Shown here in pieces: positions 9,613 to 18,435 of a stretch of DNA of 64,000 bases (positions within the stretch are counted from its first letter, which is position 1; each line of letters opens with the position of its first letter). The notes under the pieces are model-generated. The model was not told the origin of the DNA and ran no database searches. It saw only the letters and a program-made list of their open reading frames with translations. The position numbers and the translations under genes were made by a program. The DNA is from Candidatus Shapirobacteria bacterium (GTDB lineage Bacteria > Patescibacteriota > Microgenomatia > UBA12405): assembly GCA_041658125.1 (NCBI GenBank), contig JBBAAS010000002.1, forward strand, positions 8,951-72,950, written 5' to 3'.

Positions 9613-10725
9613 CTAAAAAAGTGATTTTTGTCCGTTGCCATTTCCATTGGTCAGTTTTGGTAGCACCCATTCGTAGGGTATTTTGGCAAATGTTTTTAAG
9701 ACAGCTTCTACTATGACTTTTGCACCTTTCGGCGGCACTGCCATTCCGATTTGCTTCCTCACACTTTCCTTTGAACCTTCAAACACAAAATCATCAGGAA
9801 AAGTTTGTATCCTTGCTCTTTCTCTATTAGTCAACGCTCTGTTTTCATTCCAATGATATACATGCGTTCCTCCTCCACCGCTACCGGTAATAGTATACGA
9901 TGGTTTGTCTGGATGGAGTCGACGATATATCTGACTCATCCTAGCACCTTTTACATTTAATCTAAGATATTCTGGAATACCTTCATACCATGCGTTTTCT
10001 CCCGGGGGAATATATTTTAATCTTTCGATGACTAGTTTACCTTGTCTTGTAGTTTCATGGTTTGGAGCACTTGGACTAATTGGAGGGCTTTCAATGGCCT
10101 CTTTTGCTGTCAAGTATTTATTTACGGTTATCGGCTTCGGTACCTTAAACTTAAGTCCTAAATCCTTTCTGATACCTACAATTACCACCCTGTGTCTTGT
10201 TTGAGGTACACCATATTCTTCAAATTTATAAAGATGAGCGGTTATTGTATACCCCTTACCTGCATTTTCTAAATCCTCAAGAATTTTTATAAAAGAGTTT
10301 CCATCGTTAGCACTTTGTATACCACTCACATTTTCAGCCATAAACCACTGTGGATTGCGAATATTAATAGCTTTTAATCCATAGGTATATAAAGGACCGT
10401 ATTTCCCATTGAATCCTTTCTGCTCACCGACAACACTAAAGTCATTACAAGGGAAACCAAAGGCTAGGACGTCAAAATCAGGAACATTATTAAAATCAAT
10501 AGTTTCTACAGGAGCGCAAACAACTTTTGAGGAGGAATCATTATGGTGAATGTTGCGAGCATACGTTTTACAAGTGCTTTCATCTATATCATTGGACCAA
10601 ACTGGTTTGACTTGGATAAGCTTCCCGAACCGATCAATTACTTGAGCTTGTGTTGCACCTAGAGATAACCCCCCTGGACCACAAAACAACTCTGCAAGTT
10701 TGAATGTTTGAGTATTTTTTTTCAT
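9613..10725 (-). CDS. dcm: DNA (cytosine-5)-methyltransferase
   Basis: ELFCGPGG, GFPCNDFS, AENVSG, PQTRHRV, ERARIQTFPD, QIGMAVPP; start 10725 by ATGA overlap with vsr. Confidence 0.96.
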   Translation of the reverse strand: MKKNTQTFKLAELFCGPGGLSLGATQAQVIDRFGKLIQVKPVWSNDIDESTCKTYARNIHHNDSSSKVVCAPVETIDFNNVPDFDVLAFGFPCNDFSVVGEQKGFNGKYGPLYTYGLKAINIRNPQWFMAENVSGIQSANDGNSFIKILEDLENAGKGYTITAHLYKFEEYGVPQTRHRVVIVGIRKDLGLKFKVPKPITVNKYLTAKEAIESPPISPSAPNHETTRQGKLVIERLKYIPPGENAWYEGIPEYLRLNVKGARMSQIYRRLHPDKPSYTITGSGGGGTHVYHWNENRALTNRERARIQTFPDDFVFEGSKESVRKQIGMAVPPKGAKVIVEAVLKTFAKIPYEWVLPKLTNGNGNGQKSLF

Positions 10726-11123
10726 AGTAACTTTTTTAGTCTTTTTATTAAATCCCCCTCTTCTCTTGTTTGACATTCCCAAATTATAGACGTTTTCCAT
10801 CCCAATCTTCTTAAATCTGTTATGGCTAGTCTTTGCAGTAGTAGATTTTTCTGAAGTTTTTCTTTCCAGTAAACTTTATTTGTTTTTGGAACTACACTCT
10901 TTTTACATCCTTTATGTTGATGCCAAAAACAACCGTTGATGAAAAGTGCGGTTTTGATCTTCGATATCACAATGTCCGGTTTGCCGGGTAATTTATTATT
11001 ATGAAGACGATACCTCATTCCCAAACTTGTTAGCATCTTTCTGGTAATTACTTCCGGTTTTGTATGCTTACTCCTAATTCTGGACATACAAAAACTTCGT
11101 TGTTTCTCTGTTAAATCATCCAT
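10722..11123 (-). CDS. vsr: Very-short-patch repair endonuclease
   Basis: RS..MSRIRSKHTKPE, LPGKPDI, FINGCFWH.H, IWEC motifs. Confidence 0.96.
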   Translation of the reverse strand: MDDLTEKQRSFCMSRIRSKHTKPEVITRKMLTSLGMRYRLHNNKLPGKPDIVISKIKTALFINGCFWHQHKGCKKSVVPKTNKVYWKEKLQKNLLLQRLAITDLRRLGWKTSIIWECQTREEGDLIKRLKKLL

Positions 11124-11164
11124 CTTTTGTTATTTTGTCTAAGATTACTATTTTTAATTTTTGG

Positions 11165-11776
11165 TTAGAAAATGTTTGGATTGTATGTAAATACACTTTT
11201 TACAATTCCTTCTATACGAAAATCGGATGAAGCAATAAAAGTAGGAAATTTTTGATTAAATGAAGTGAGCAATATTTGTTTATCAAAGTGTTGATATTTT
11301 TTTATTAGCACTTCTTCATTATTAACACATACAATGATGTCTCCGTTATTAGCTTTGTTTGATTTTTTTGCTATTACTAAATCACCCGGATTTATTTTTG
11401 GTTTCATGGATTCACCTTTAGCTTTAACCATAAAGGCATCTGTTGATGAAAATCCTAGAATTTTACTCGAAATAGGTATTTGATCAATCGGGTTTCCGTC
11501 TAAAATCGATCCGTTTGGCCCACACTGAGCCATTCCATAAAGATTTAAATAAGTGATCAACTTTTCTGGTGTGTCACCGATAATTTGATAATCTTTTGAA
11601 TTACCGGGGTTTCTTCTCAAATATCCTAATTTTTCCAATTGAGTAATGTGGTGAAACACAACGCTTGGTGAGGATGCTCCCAGTTCTTCCTGAAGTTCTC
11701 TCATTGTGAGAGGGTTTAGTTGATATTTCTTAAGCAGTTGTAATAACTTTTGTTGGACAGGATGGATGTTTTTCAT
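11165..11776 (-). CDS. LexA-like repressor (winged HTH + S24 peptidase)
   Basis: TMRELQEELGASSPSVVFHHITQLEKLGYL; AQCG putative cleavage site; GESM serine; LIKK lysine. Confidence 0.9.
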   Translation of the reverse strand: MKNIHPVQQKLLQLLKKYQLNPLTMRELQEELGASSPSVVFHHITQLEKLGYLRRNPGNSKDYQIIGDTPEKLITYLNLYGMAQCGPNGSILDGNPIDQIPISSKILGFSSTDAFMVKAKGESMKPKINPGDLVIAKKSNKANNGDIIVCVNNEEVLIKKYQHFDKQILLTSFNQKFPTFIASSDFRIEGIVKSVFTYNPNIF

Positions 11777-11788
11777 TTATATATAACC

Positions 11789-11853
11789 ATTTTAATCTAT
11801 ACTTTTTACCATGTCAAGAACTTGTTGACTTGTTCTACTATTTGTTCTACAAT
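11789..11853. promoter_or_regulatory. Divergent sigma70 promoters for the LexA-like gene and CBASS
   Basis: Minus strand TTGACA(11817-11812)-17-TAAAAT; plus strand TTGACT(11825)-17-TACAAT(11848); TTGTTCTAC direct repeats in the plus spacer. Confidence 0.75.
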
Positions 11854-11881
11854 GGTGTTATTTAATAAAACAATTAATAAT

Positions 11882-12664
11882 ATGGATTCTGAAAATTATT
11901 TGCTTCAAATTTTACAAAAATATCAAGCTCGAGATCTATCAAATAGTTCTCCCGCTATATCTCAGTTATTTAGTGTACTTAGGACTTGGGCTAATACTGG
12001 ATTTATCGATTTAGTTATTTCTGGATCACGGGCAAAAGGAACGGCTATATCTTTAGCCTCTGACGTTGATTATCTGGTATCCCTGACAAATGGCTGTGAT
12101 GAGAATAATGGAGGTCTAGAGTATATCTATAATTCTCTTTTCAATACGCTCAATACCACCTATCAAAATGTTCGCAAACAAAATGTTTCCATAAGAATAA
12201 ATTTGTCAGGTCTAGAAATAGACGTAACTCCTGCTAGAAAACAACCTGGAAACACAAATGATCATAGTTTGTTTGTTTCTAAACAAGGAACATGGAAAAA
12301 GACAAATATTCAAAAACACATTACCGATATATCTCAGTCTGGAAGAATTAACGAAATTAAATTAGTAAAAATTTGGAGAGAGCTAAATAAACTTGACTTT
12401 CCGTCGATATATTTGGAATATTTACTGGTAGATGTCGTGTTGTCTGGTAAATCCAAAGGTGATAACAATATTGCAACTAATTTTCTTTTTGCTCTTTCAG
12501 AACTTGGCAGGAGTACAAACAATCCATTACTTACTAGAGTAGTCGATCCGGCTAATTCTACTAATATACTCTCTGATTTACTGACAAGTAGTGAAAAAAA
12601 CTTAATTATTAATAAAGCAAGAGAGTCATCCCAAAAATCAAATTGGGGTTATATCGTATGGTAA
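11882..12664 (+). CDS. cGAS/DncV-like nucleotidyltransferase (CD-NTase, CBASS)
   Basis: SGSRAKGTAI...SDVD, RKQNVSI, EIDVTPA, K.W......FPSIYLE, DPAN..N motifs; upstream of NucC. Confidence 0.9.
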   Translation: MDSENYLLQILQKYQARDLSNSSPAISQLFSVLRTWANTGFIDLVISGSRAKGTAISLASDVDYLVSLTNGCDENNGGLEYIYNSLFNTLNTTYQNVRKQNVSIRINLSGLEIDVTPARKQPGNTNDHSLFVSKQGTWKKTNIQKHITDISQSGRINEIKLVKIWRELNKLDFPSIYLEYLLVDVVLSGKSKGDNNIATNFLFALSELGRSTNNPLLTRVVDPANSTNILSDLLTSSEKNLIINKARESSQKSNWGYIVW

Positions 12665-13380
12665 AAAATATAAACAATAAAATTGATATGAAGAAATTAT
12701 TTTCTGCTCTAGACGAAGAGATGAGCCTGAAATTGTCCAGTAAGATTGACGAGATACATCACCCTGTGGCTAAAGGTAATGAGACCGAACTAAATTGGAT
12801 AGGACTATTGAAAAAGTATCTTCCAGAGAGATATAAGGTAGATAGTGGGTTTGTTGTTGACCATGAGGGAAGTTTTAGTGACCAGATTGATTTAATCATT
12901 TATGACCGGCATTTTACTCCGTTTATATTCCGTGGTGAGAATGTTGCCTATATACCCGCCGAAGGGGTGTACGCGGTTTTTGAAATCAAACCAGATTTGA
13001 ATAAGACCTATTACGACTATGCTGTAAAAAAACTTAATAGCGTTAAGGGATTAAAAAGAACTTCCTCAAATTTCACTCATATCATGGGGAATAGTAAGAA
13101 AGATCCGTCTGAGATAAGCGGAGGTATATTAACTAAAAAAATTAGTAGTCAAAAATTTTTTAATGGTTTAAAAACTGGAGAAGAACTATCATTTGTCTTA
13201 TGTCTCGATTGTGGTGTGAAAATTATTGGTCAGGATAAAATTGAGATACAGATCAATAAACCAATATTAGCCTTCTTCTTGCTAAAACTAATTGAAAAAC
13301 TACGATCGATGGGGTCTGTATCGGCATTAGACGTCGACAGTTATTTGGAACAAGTAAGAGATAAGCCCGAAGTCAAATAG
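12658..13380 (+). CDS. nucC: NucC-family cyclic-oligonucleotide-activated endonuclease
   Basis: HPVAKGNETE..W..LL..YLPERY, SDQIDLIIYDR, IPAEGVYAVFEIK motifs. Confidence 0.88.
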   Translation: MVKNINNKIDMKKLFSALDEEMSLKLSSKIDEIHHPVAKGNETELNWIGLLKKYLPERYKVDSGFVVDHEGSFSDQIDLIIYDRHFTPFIFRGENVAYIPAEGVYAVFEIKPDLNKTYYDYAVKKLNSVKGLKRTSSNFTHIMGNSKKDPSEISGGILTKKISSQKFFNGLKTGEELSFVLCLDCGVKIIGQDKIEIQINKPILAFFLLKLIEKLRSMGSVSALDVDSYLEQVRDKPEVK

Positions 13381-13397
13381 GAGAATTTGCCACAAAA

Positions 13398-13516
13398 ATT
13401 GAAATCCTCCGTTTTTTGCGGGCAGTCCCACCACGGCGGGCAGGTCGGGTGGGGGCGACCTCGCCCGTCATTATAAATTTAAAAATTCTGTTCGAATTTT
13501 TTCGAATGCACACCGC
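13398..13516 (-). repeat. Inverted repeat B, right-end copy (119 bp; attR arm)
   Basis: Reverse complement of 8306-8424 with one mismatch. Confidence 0.97.
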
Positions 13517-13552
13517 AGTCCGTCTGATATGTATAAAATTGTAGAATAGCTT

Positions 13553-14173
13553 ATGAAACAACTTTTTTTGACATCGAGCGGCGATTATGTGATGGATGAT
13601 ATTGTTAAAAAATTACCTAAAAAACCAAGTGAGTTGAATTTGGCTTTTATCAATACGGCGGCCGAGGTAGAAGAGGGCGATCATTGGTGGGTTTTGGCTG
13701 AAAAAAAGAAATTAGTAGAAGTGGGTTTTAAGGTCGATGAATTTTCAATTAAAGGAATGACGAAAGAAGAAATTGAAAATAAATTAAAGAATAAACAGAT
13801 TATTTATTTTTGCGGGGGAAATACCTTTTATTTACTGGACCAAGTGATAAAAACCGGCTGTGACGAGATTATTACTAGGAAAATTAACGAAGGAGTAATT
13901 TATATGGGATCCAGCGCCGGGTCGATGATTGTCGGAACGAGAATTGATTTGATGTCTACGATTGACGAGAAGTCAAAAGCGCCGGATTTAAAGTCGACTG
14001 GCTTAAATATTGTCGACCTGTCAATTTTACCCCACTGGGGTAATGATACTTTTAAAGAGGGATATTGTGGTGATTTTCAATCGATGTATACCGAAGGAGT
14101 GAAAATAATTTCCCTAACTAATCAACAGTATGTTTGGATAAAAGACGATTCGATGCAAATAATTCAAGTTTAG
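13553..14173 (+). CDS. Peptidase E / S51 family
   Basis: GGNTFYLL, YMGSSAGS, ILPH motifs. Confidence 0.9.
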   Translation: MKQLFLTSSGDYVMDDIVKKLPKKPSELNLAFINTAAEVEEGDHWWVLAEKKKLVEVGFKVDEFSIKGMTKEEIENKLKNKQIIYFCGGNTFYLLDQVIKTGCDEIITRKINEGVIYMGSSAGSMIVGTRIDLMSTIDEKSKAPDLKSTGLNIVDLSILPHWGNDTFKEGYCGDFQSMYTEGVKIISLTNQQYVWIKDDSMQIIQV

Positions 14174-14215
14174 AATTATAAAAACTGATTAGCTTTGGGG
14201 TTATCAACTCCGTAA

Positions 14216-14683
14216 CTAGATTATTAACACCGCTTCTTTTCTATCATTTAATTTAAAACCAGCTTTAAGATGAGCTTTTATGGAATTTGGGTTATCTGTA
14301 TTAATTAAACTCCAAATCTTTTTGATATTATTTTTTTTAGCAATTTCAATAAGGTTTTTGTAAAGAAGAACGCCAATTCCCTTCCCCTGCCAGGAGGGAT
14401 CAATGGCAAGATATTCACAATAGATTTCTTGAGATATAGGAACGGTCTCAAAGGCCAAAATAAATCCTATTATTTTATTTTCCGACTCGATCAGCAAACT
14501 GTAACCTGACTTTACAAAACCGTCGAAATTAGGTTGTCGACATACGAGATGGGTTTCTTTCTCTGCCAAAATAAATTCATCCCATTTTTTCTGGCCTAAG
14601 TATTGAATTTGAGTGAGTATGTCGATCTCCCTAATTGAGGAATAATCGTCAGAAGTTATGGGTCTAATAAAATAATCAGCCAT
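14216..14683 (-). CDS. GNAT acetyltransferase
   Basis: LAIDPSWQGKGIG, N..SIK.H.K.GF motifs. Confidence 0.88.
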   Translation of the reverse strand: MADYFIRPITSDDYSSIREIDILTQIQYLGQKKWDEFILAEKETHLVCRQPNFDGFVKSGYSLLIESENKIIGFILAFETVPISQEIYCEYLAIDPSWQGKGIGVLLYKNLIEIAKKNNIKKIWSLINTDNPNSIKAHLKAGFKLNDRKEAVLII

Positions 14684-14684
14684 A

Positions 14685-15220
14685 TTACCAGCTCCTTTTT
14701 CCAATGGTAATGTTTCCATTATTCCATAATTTTATGTCGTCGTTATTTAATTTTAGAGGTAATAAATAAGTTAACCGTTGGTCTTTAAGAATTCCTTCTA
14801 CTACGGTAAAGATTTTGCCACGTTCTTTTTTTGCCAGCCTGATTGGGTATAAAAGTCATGAAGTTTGGGGTGACAAAAAAGAACCCCTACGTCATAATCT
14901 TTTGATTTGAGTAGGTTATTAACTTCTATCATTAATTTGGTACCCAACCCCGTATGCCTTAATCCAGACTTAATGGCTACATCACCAATACCGGCAACCA
15001 AATATTTGTTAATTTTGTGTTCGACTAACCTTCGAGTTATGCCAACGTGTCCAATTAATTCTTGATTTTGATATAGCAACACACAAGTGTCCAAATCGGG
15101 ATTGGTGTAAACAGATTTTTTATAACCGGAATTATCTGAAAAACAGTCGACCAGAAAATTAATTATTAATTTTTTCTCGGAAGACTTTAAATCTTTAATT
15201 TTTTTTATAAAAATATTCAT
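14685..15220 (-). pseudogene. GNAT acetyltransferase split by a -1 frameshift at A-AAA-AAG
   Basis: GIGDVAI....RHTGLG motif. Frame 0 stops at 14801. The -1 frame continues open (KERGKIF...GKRSW*) to TAA 14685, one nt before the next ATG. Confidence 0.7.
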
Positions 15221-16068
15221 TGACTCAATTTTTCTTTAATTAGTTTGACGGTTTGGGCTTTGCCGGGACGGTTTTGGTAGAAATGCAATTCGGTTTGGAG
15301 GGAATTGACGGGAATGGGGATATTTTGAAACAAAATGGTTGCAGGGGTACTAAGGTCTTTGATGGCGAGAACTTCGACTTCGATGACATTTATTTGTAAC
15401 TTAAGCCAGTCGGCTTCGGTGCTAACAATAAATTTTTCAAATTCTTTGGCTATTTTTCCAAAATTTTCAGGTGTAGTGAGGATGTCGAGGTCCCAAGGAA
15501 CAATATCGATTCCATGAATCATTAGGGCACCGCTGGAACTAAGGATCCAAGGGACATTGATAGAATTTAATTTTTGAGCAATAAAGACAAGAGTTTGGTG
15601 GATTTTTTCGAGACGGGGATGCTGGTTTATTTCCATAGTTCGTTTGACAATGGCGTCGCCGATAGCGCCCCAGTTTAGGTATTTATTTAGTTCTAATATC
15701 GGAACAAATTGGCGTTCGTATAAAAGACCGGTGTCCGGATCAAGAGTTTGAGGAAGAATTTTTTTAACCCGACAGTAAAAGCGGGCTTGATAATAAATAG
15801 GACTTTCAGGGATAGTTACTTTTTGAACTCCTATTGGCTCGATTTGAGTAAGCTTGACATCAACTTCCTCCATAAATTCCCGCTCTAAAGTTTCAATCGG
15901 CGACTCTTCCCCTTCCGGAGTGCCTCCGGGTAAGCCCCAATTGGTTTTGCCCGGTTCACGACAAATTAGAGCTTCGTTTTTAGCATTTAGACAAACACCA
16001 TAAACTTGGGTTATGGGTTGAAATTTTTTAATATCATCAGTCGGAATCCAGGTATAAGGAGAATTCAT
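15217..16068 (-). CDS. NUDIX hydrolase fused to a nucleotidyltransferase-like domain
   Basis: Nudix box GG...GEESPIETLEREFMEE; C-terminal SSGALMIHG...PWDLD. Confidence 0.8.
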   Translation of the reverse strand: MNSPYTWIPTDDIKKFQPITQVYGVCLNAKNEALICREPGKTNWGLPGGTPEGEESPIETLEREFMEEVDVKLTQIEPIGVQKVTIPESPIYYQARFYCRVKKILPQTLDPDTGLLYERQFVPILELNKYLNWGAIGDAIVKRTMEINQHPRLEKIHQTLVFIAQKLNSINVPWILSSSGALMIHGIDIVPWDLDILTTPENFGKIAKEFEKFIVSTEADWLKLQINVIEVEVLAIKDLSTPATILFQNIPIPVNSLQTELHFYQNRPGKAQTVKLIKEKLSQ

Positions 16069-16074
16069 AAGTTT

Positions 16075-16611
16075 TTAGAGTAGTTTTAAATAATTCAACC
16101 CTAAGTAGCCAACTTCAACATCAGTCATTTGGCCACTTTGGAGAATTTTTTTAAATTCAGCCAAGTCAACCAAAACAATGTCGATAAACTCATCTTCGTC
16201 CCAGTGCGGTTCTGACACTTTCTGACAATCGGTAATGACAAAACAATATCTTTCCATGGTTGAGTAAGCGTCATCAAGACAAGTTGTCACCAGTTGGATT
16301 TTGCCTTCGTAACCAGTTTCTTCCAGGAGTTCTCTTTTCATCGAAGCTTCCGGCTGGTCGTTTGGATCGGCAAATCCACCGGGTAATTCCATCACGATTT
16401 TTTTAGGACCGGGGCGAAATTGTTTGGCTAAAATCACTTTGTTGTCGGAGGTTAAAGCCAGTCCACAGACAGCCGGACCTTCTTTTTTGAGATAATAATC
16501 AGACTCTTTACCATTTGGAAGTTTGAAGATTACTTTTTCAATTTTGCGAGAGTATTTTTTGAAAGCTTCTTCACGAGAAATTTCCTGCCAGGGTTGGATT
16601 TTATTTGTCAT
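16075..16611 (-). CDS. NUDIX hydrolase (ADP-ribose pyrophosphatase-like)
   Basis: QFRP, ELPGG...RELLEETGY motifs. Confidence 0.9.
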   Translation of the reverse strand: MTNKIQPWQEISREEAFKKYSRKIEKVIFKLPNGKESDYYLKKEGPAVCGLALTSDNKVILAKQFRPGPKKIVMELPGGFADPNDQPEASMKRELLEETGYEGKIQLVTTCLDDAYSTMERYCFVITDCQKVSEPHWDEDEFIDIVLVDLAEFKKILQSGQMTDVEVGYLGLNYLKLL

Positions 16612-16664
16612 ACAGATCAATTATATCGTGAGACAGAAATTAAGGCTTCGTTTTATAATGAATT

Positions 16665-17351
16665 ATGGAGTTGGGAGAATTTAGAAAGAAAAATAAGATT
16701 GAGTTGAGTGAAAAAACCAGATTGATGTGGGGGAAAGCGATGGTGGTGGCCACTAAAAACAAAGACGGGGTGCATGGGCCGGAGCATATGGAGAGGATTT
16801 TGGCATCTTTGGACGAATTACTAAAAAGCGAAAAGGGGTTGAGGGAAAAAATTGATTTTGAAGTGTTGTTGACGGCGATCGGGTGGCACGACTGCTGGAA
16901 ATCGAAAAGAAACCCGACGAATGTTTTTAGCTTTTTATTTGATATGTTTCACGAAGGCAGGGCTTCGGCAAAAATTTTTGGAAGAATAGCCAAAAGAAAC
17001 GGCTTGGAGAAAAAAACTATAAGTAAAATAAAGTATGCCATCAGAAAGCATTCGGCTTTCCAATTAAAAAAACATAAAACTATAGAAGCCAAAATACTTT
17101 GGGATTTGGACAGCTTGGATATTTGGAGTTGGGAGCGGGTGGAAGCGCTAAAAGAAAAATATTTAGCCGGAGTGGCAAGTAAAAAAACCCAAAAAATGAT
17201 CCGGGTGGGAATATTTTATTTTGAAAAAATCATGATGAGTTGGGAGGAAAAGAAAAAGTTTTATTTCAGATGGACTAAAAAAAGGTTGGCAGAGAAGAAA
17301 AAAATATTTTTAGAAAAACTGAAGGAAGAGATAAGACAAATTAAAAAATGA
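16665..17351 (+). CDS. HD-domain phosphohydrolase
   Basis: HG.EH..R, WHD, HE..SA, IRKH, LWDLD.LD motifs. Confidence 0.85.
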   Translation: MELGEFRKKNKIELSEKTRLMWGKAMVVATKNKDGVHGPEHMERILASLDELLKSEKGLREKIDFEVLLTAIGWHDCWKSKRNPTNVFSFLFDMFHEGRASAKIFGRIAKRNGLEKKTISKIKYAIRKHSAFQLKKHKTIEAKILWDLDSLDIWSWERVEALKEKYLAGVASKKTQKMIRVGIFYFEKIMMSWEEKKKFYFRWTKKRLAEKKKIFLEKLKEEIRQIKK

Positions 17352-17848
17352 AGATACTTTTACATGCCTGTTGTGCTGATTGCTTGTTAAAAATTGCTGA
17401 TGGGGAAACAAAAACGACGGCGTTTTTTTATAACCCAAATATCCACCCAAGATCAGAATATCAATCGAGATTAAAGGCAATTAAGCAAGTTGCTGAAAAG
17501 CAAAAAATTGAGTTATTGGTACCGGATTGGCGGCCAAAGGAATATTTTGAGGCAGTAAAAAATAATAAAAGTCGGTGTAAAAATTGCTGGAAGCTAAGGA
17601 TAGAAAGAACGGCGAAAGAAGCTAAAGCAAAAGGATTTACCGGATTTTCGACCACGCTTTTAGCAAGCCAATATCAAAATCAAAAGGTAATTGAAAAAAT
17701 CGGACAGGAAATGGCGGAAAAATACGGAATTAAATTTTGGGTATCAAAAGAGATTAAAAGAGAGCTGAAAACAAGCGGATTTTATAAGCAGTTTTTTTGC
17801 GGGTGTGTGTATTCGCTACGGGAGAGATTGGAGGAAAAATACCGATAA
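17348..17848 (+). CDS. queH: Epoxyqueuosine reductase QueH (DUF208)
   Basis: LLHACCADC, FYNPNIHP..EY, RC..C, FSTTL, Y.Q..CGC.YS motifs. Confidence 0.88.
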   Translation: MKILLHACCADCLLKIADGETKTTAFFYNPNIHPRSEYQSRLKAIKQVAEKQKIELLVPDWRPKEYFEAVKNNKSRCKNCWKLRIERTAKEAKAKGFTGFSTTLLASQYQNQKVIEKIGQEMAEKYGIKFWVSKEIKRELKTSGFYKQFFCGCVYSLRERLEEKYR

Positions 17849-17878
17849 ATCGTGCGTATCGGTTATGTACGTGAATAC

Positions 17879-17907
17879 TTGACTATTATAGGATACTTTG
17901 GTAGAAT
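17879..17907 (+). promoter_or_regulatory. Sigma70 promoter of the membrane-protein/ribozyme unit
   Basis: TTGACT-17 nt-TAGAAT with extended TG. Confidence 0.7.
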
Positions 17908-17967
17908 ACTGGGTAATTCACGCAATAGCGCGAGAAGGTAACTTAACATATAGAGGAGAGGAGAGAA

Positions 17968-18429
17968 ATGAAGATCTTTACAACGGCACACGCCGATGCA
18001 CAAAAGATACTTTGGCGAGCAGTCTGGACGGCTTCAGTCTTGATTTTATTGTTTCAGATAGCAACTACCGGCTGGTTTTTGTTTACCCAATCTGGTGGAG
18101 AAAGATGGATTCTCTTTTGGGCCGGATGCGGGCTGGGGTTTGTGATTGCCGCATTAGAGTACGCGACAGTTGAAGGATTGCGGGATCAGTGGCAACAAAC
18201 TATAGTAGACGGAAAAATCACCCGATGGGAATGGTTGTTGTTACTGGGAATTGTCTTACTGCTTACTGTGGTAGCTTTTGTTGATACCTACGCAACGGCG
18301 AATGGAGCTTTACAGCTAGGTTTTAGCAATACTATTTCTTGGATTTGGGCGGTAGGGCAACTGTTCGCTTTCGAGTTTTTGTTCAACATGGCTTATCACC
18401 TACGTGATGTGTGCGAGGTTCAACATTAG
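17968..18429 (+). CDS. Hypothetical multi-pass membrane protein (about 4 TM)
   Basis: 153-aa hydrophobic ORF with strong SD (AGAGGAGAGGAG). Confidence 0.75.
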   Translation: MKIFTTAHADAQKILWRAVWTASVLILLFQIATTGWFLFTQSGGERWILFWAGCGLGFVIAALEYATVEGLRDQWQQTIVDGKITRWEWLLLLGIVLLLTVVAFVDTYATANGALQLGFSNTISWIWAVGQLFAFEFLFNMAYHLRDVCEVQH

Positions 18430-18435
18430 TAATTC

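Larger units (their letters stand above)
6765..13516. mobile_element. tRNA-Ser-integrated serine-recombinase defence island (R-M + CBASS)
   Basis: Both ends share core CCGC (6765-6768 and 13513-13516) and both are copied internally in inverted orientation. Carries recombinase and defence genes and lacks the host strand bias. Confidence 0.88.
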
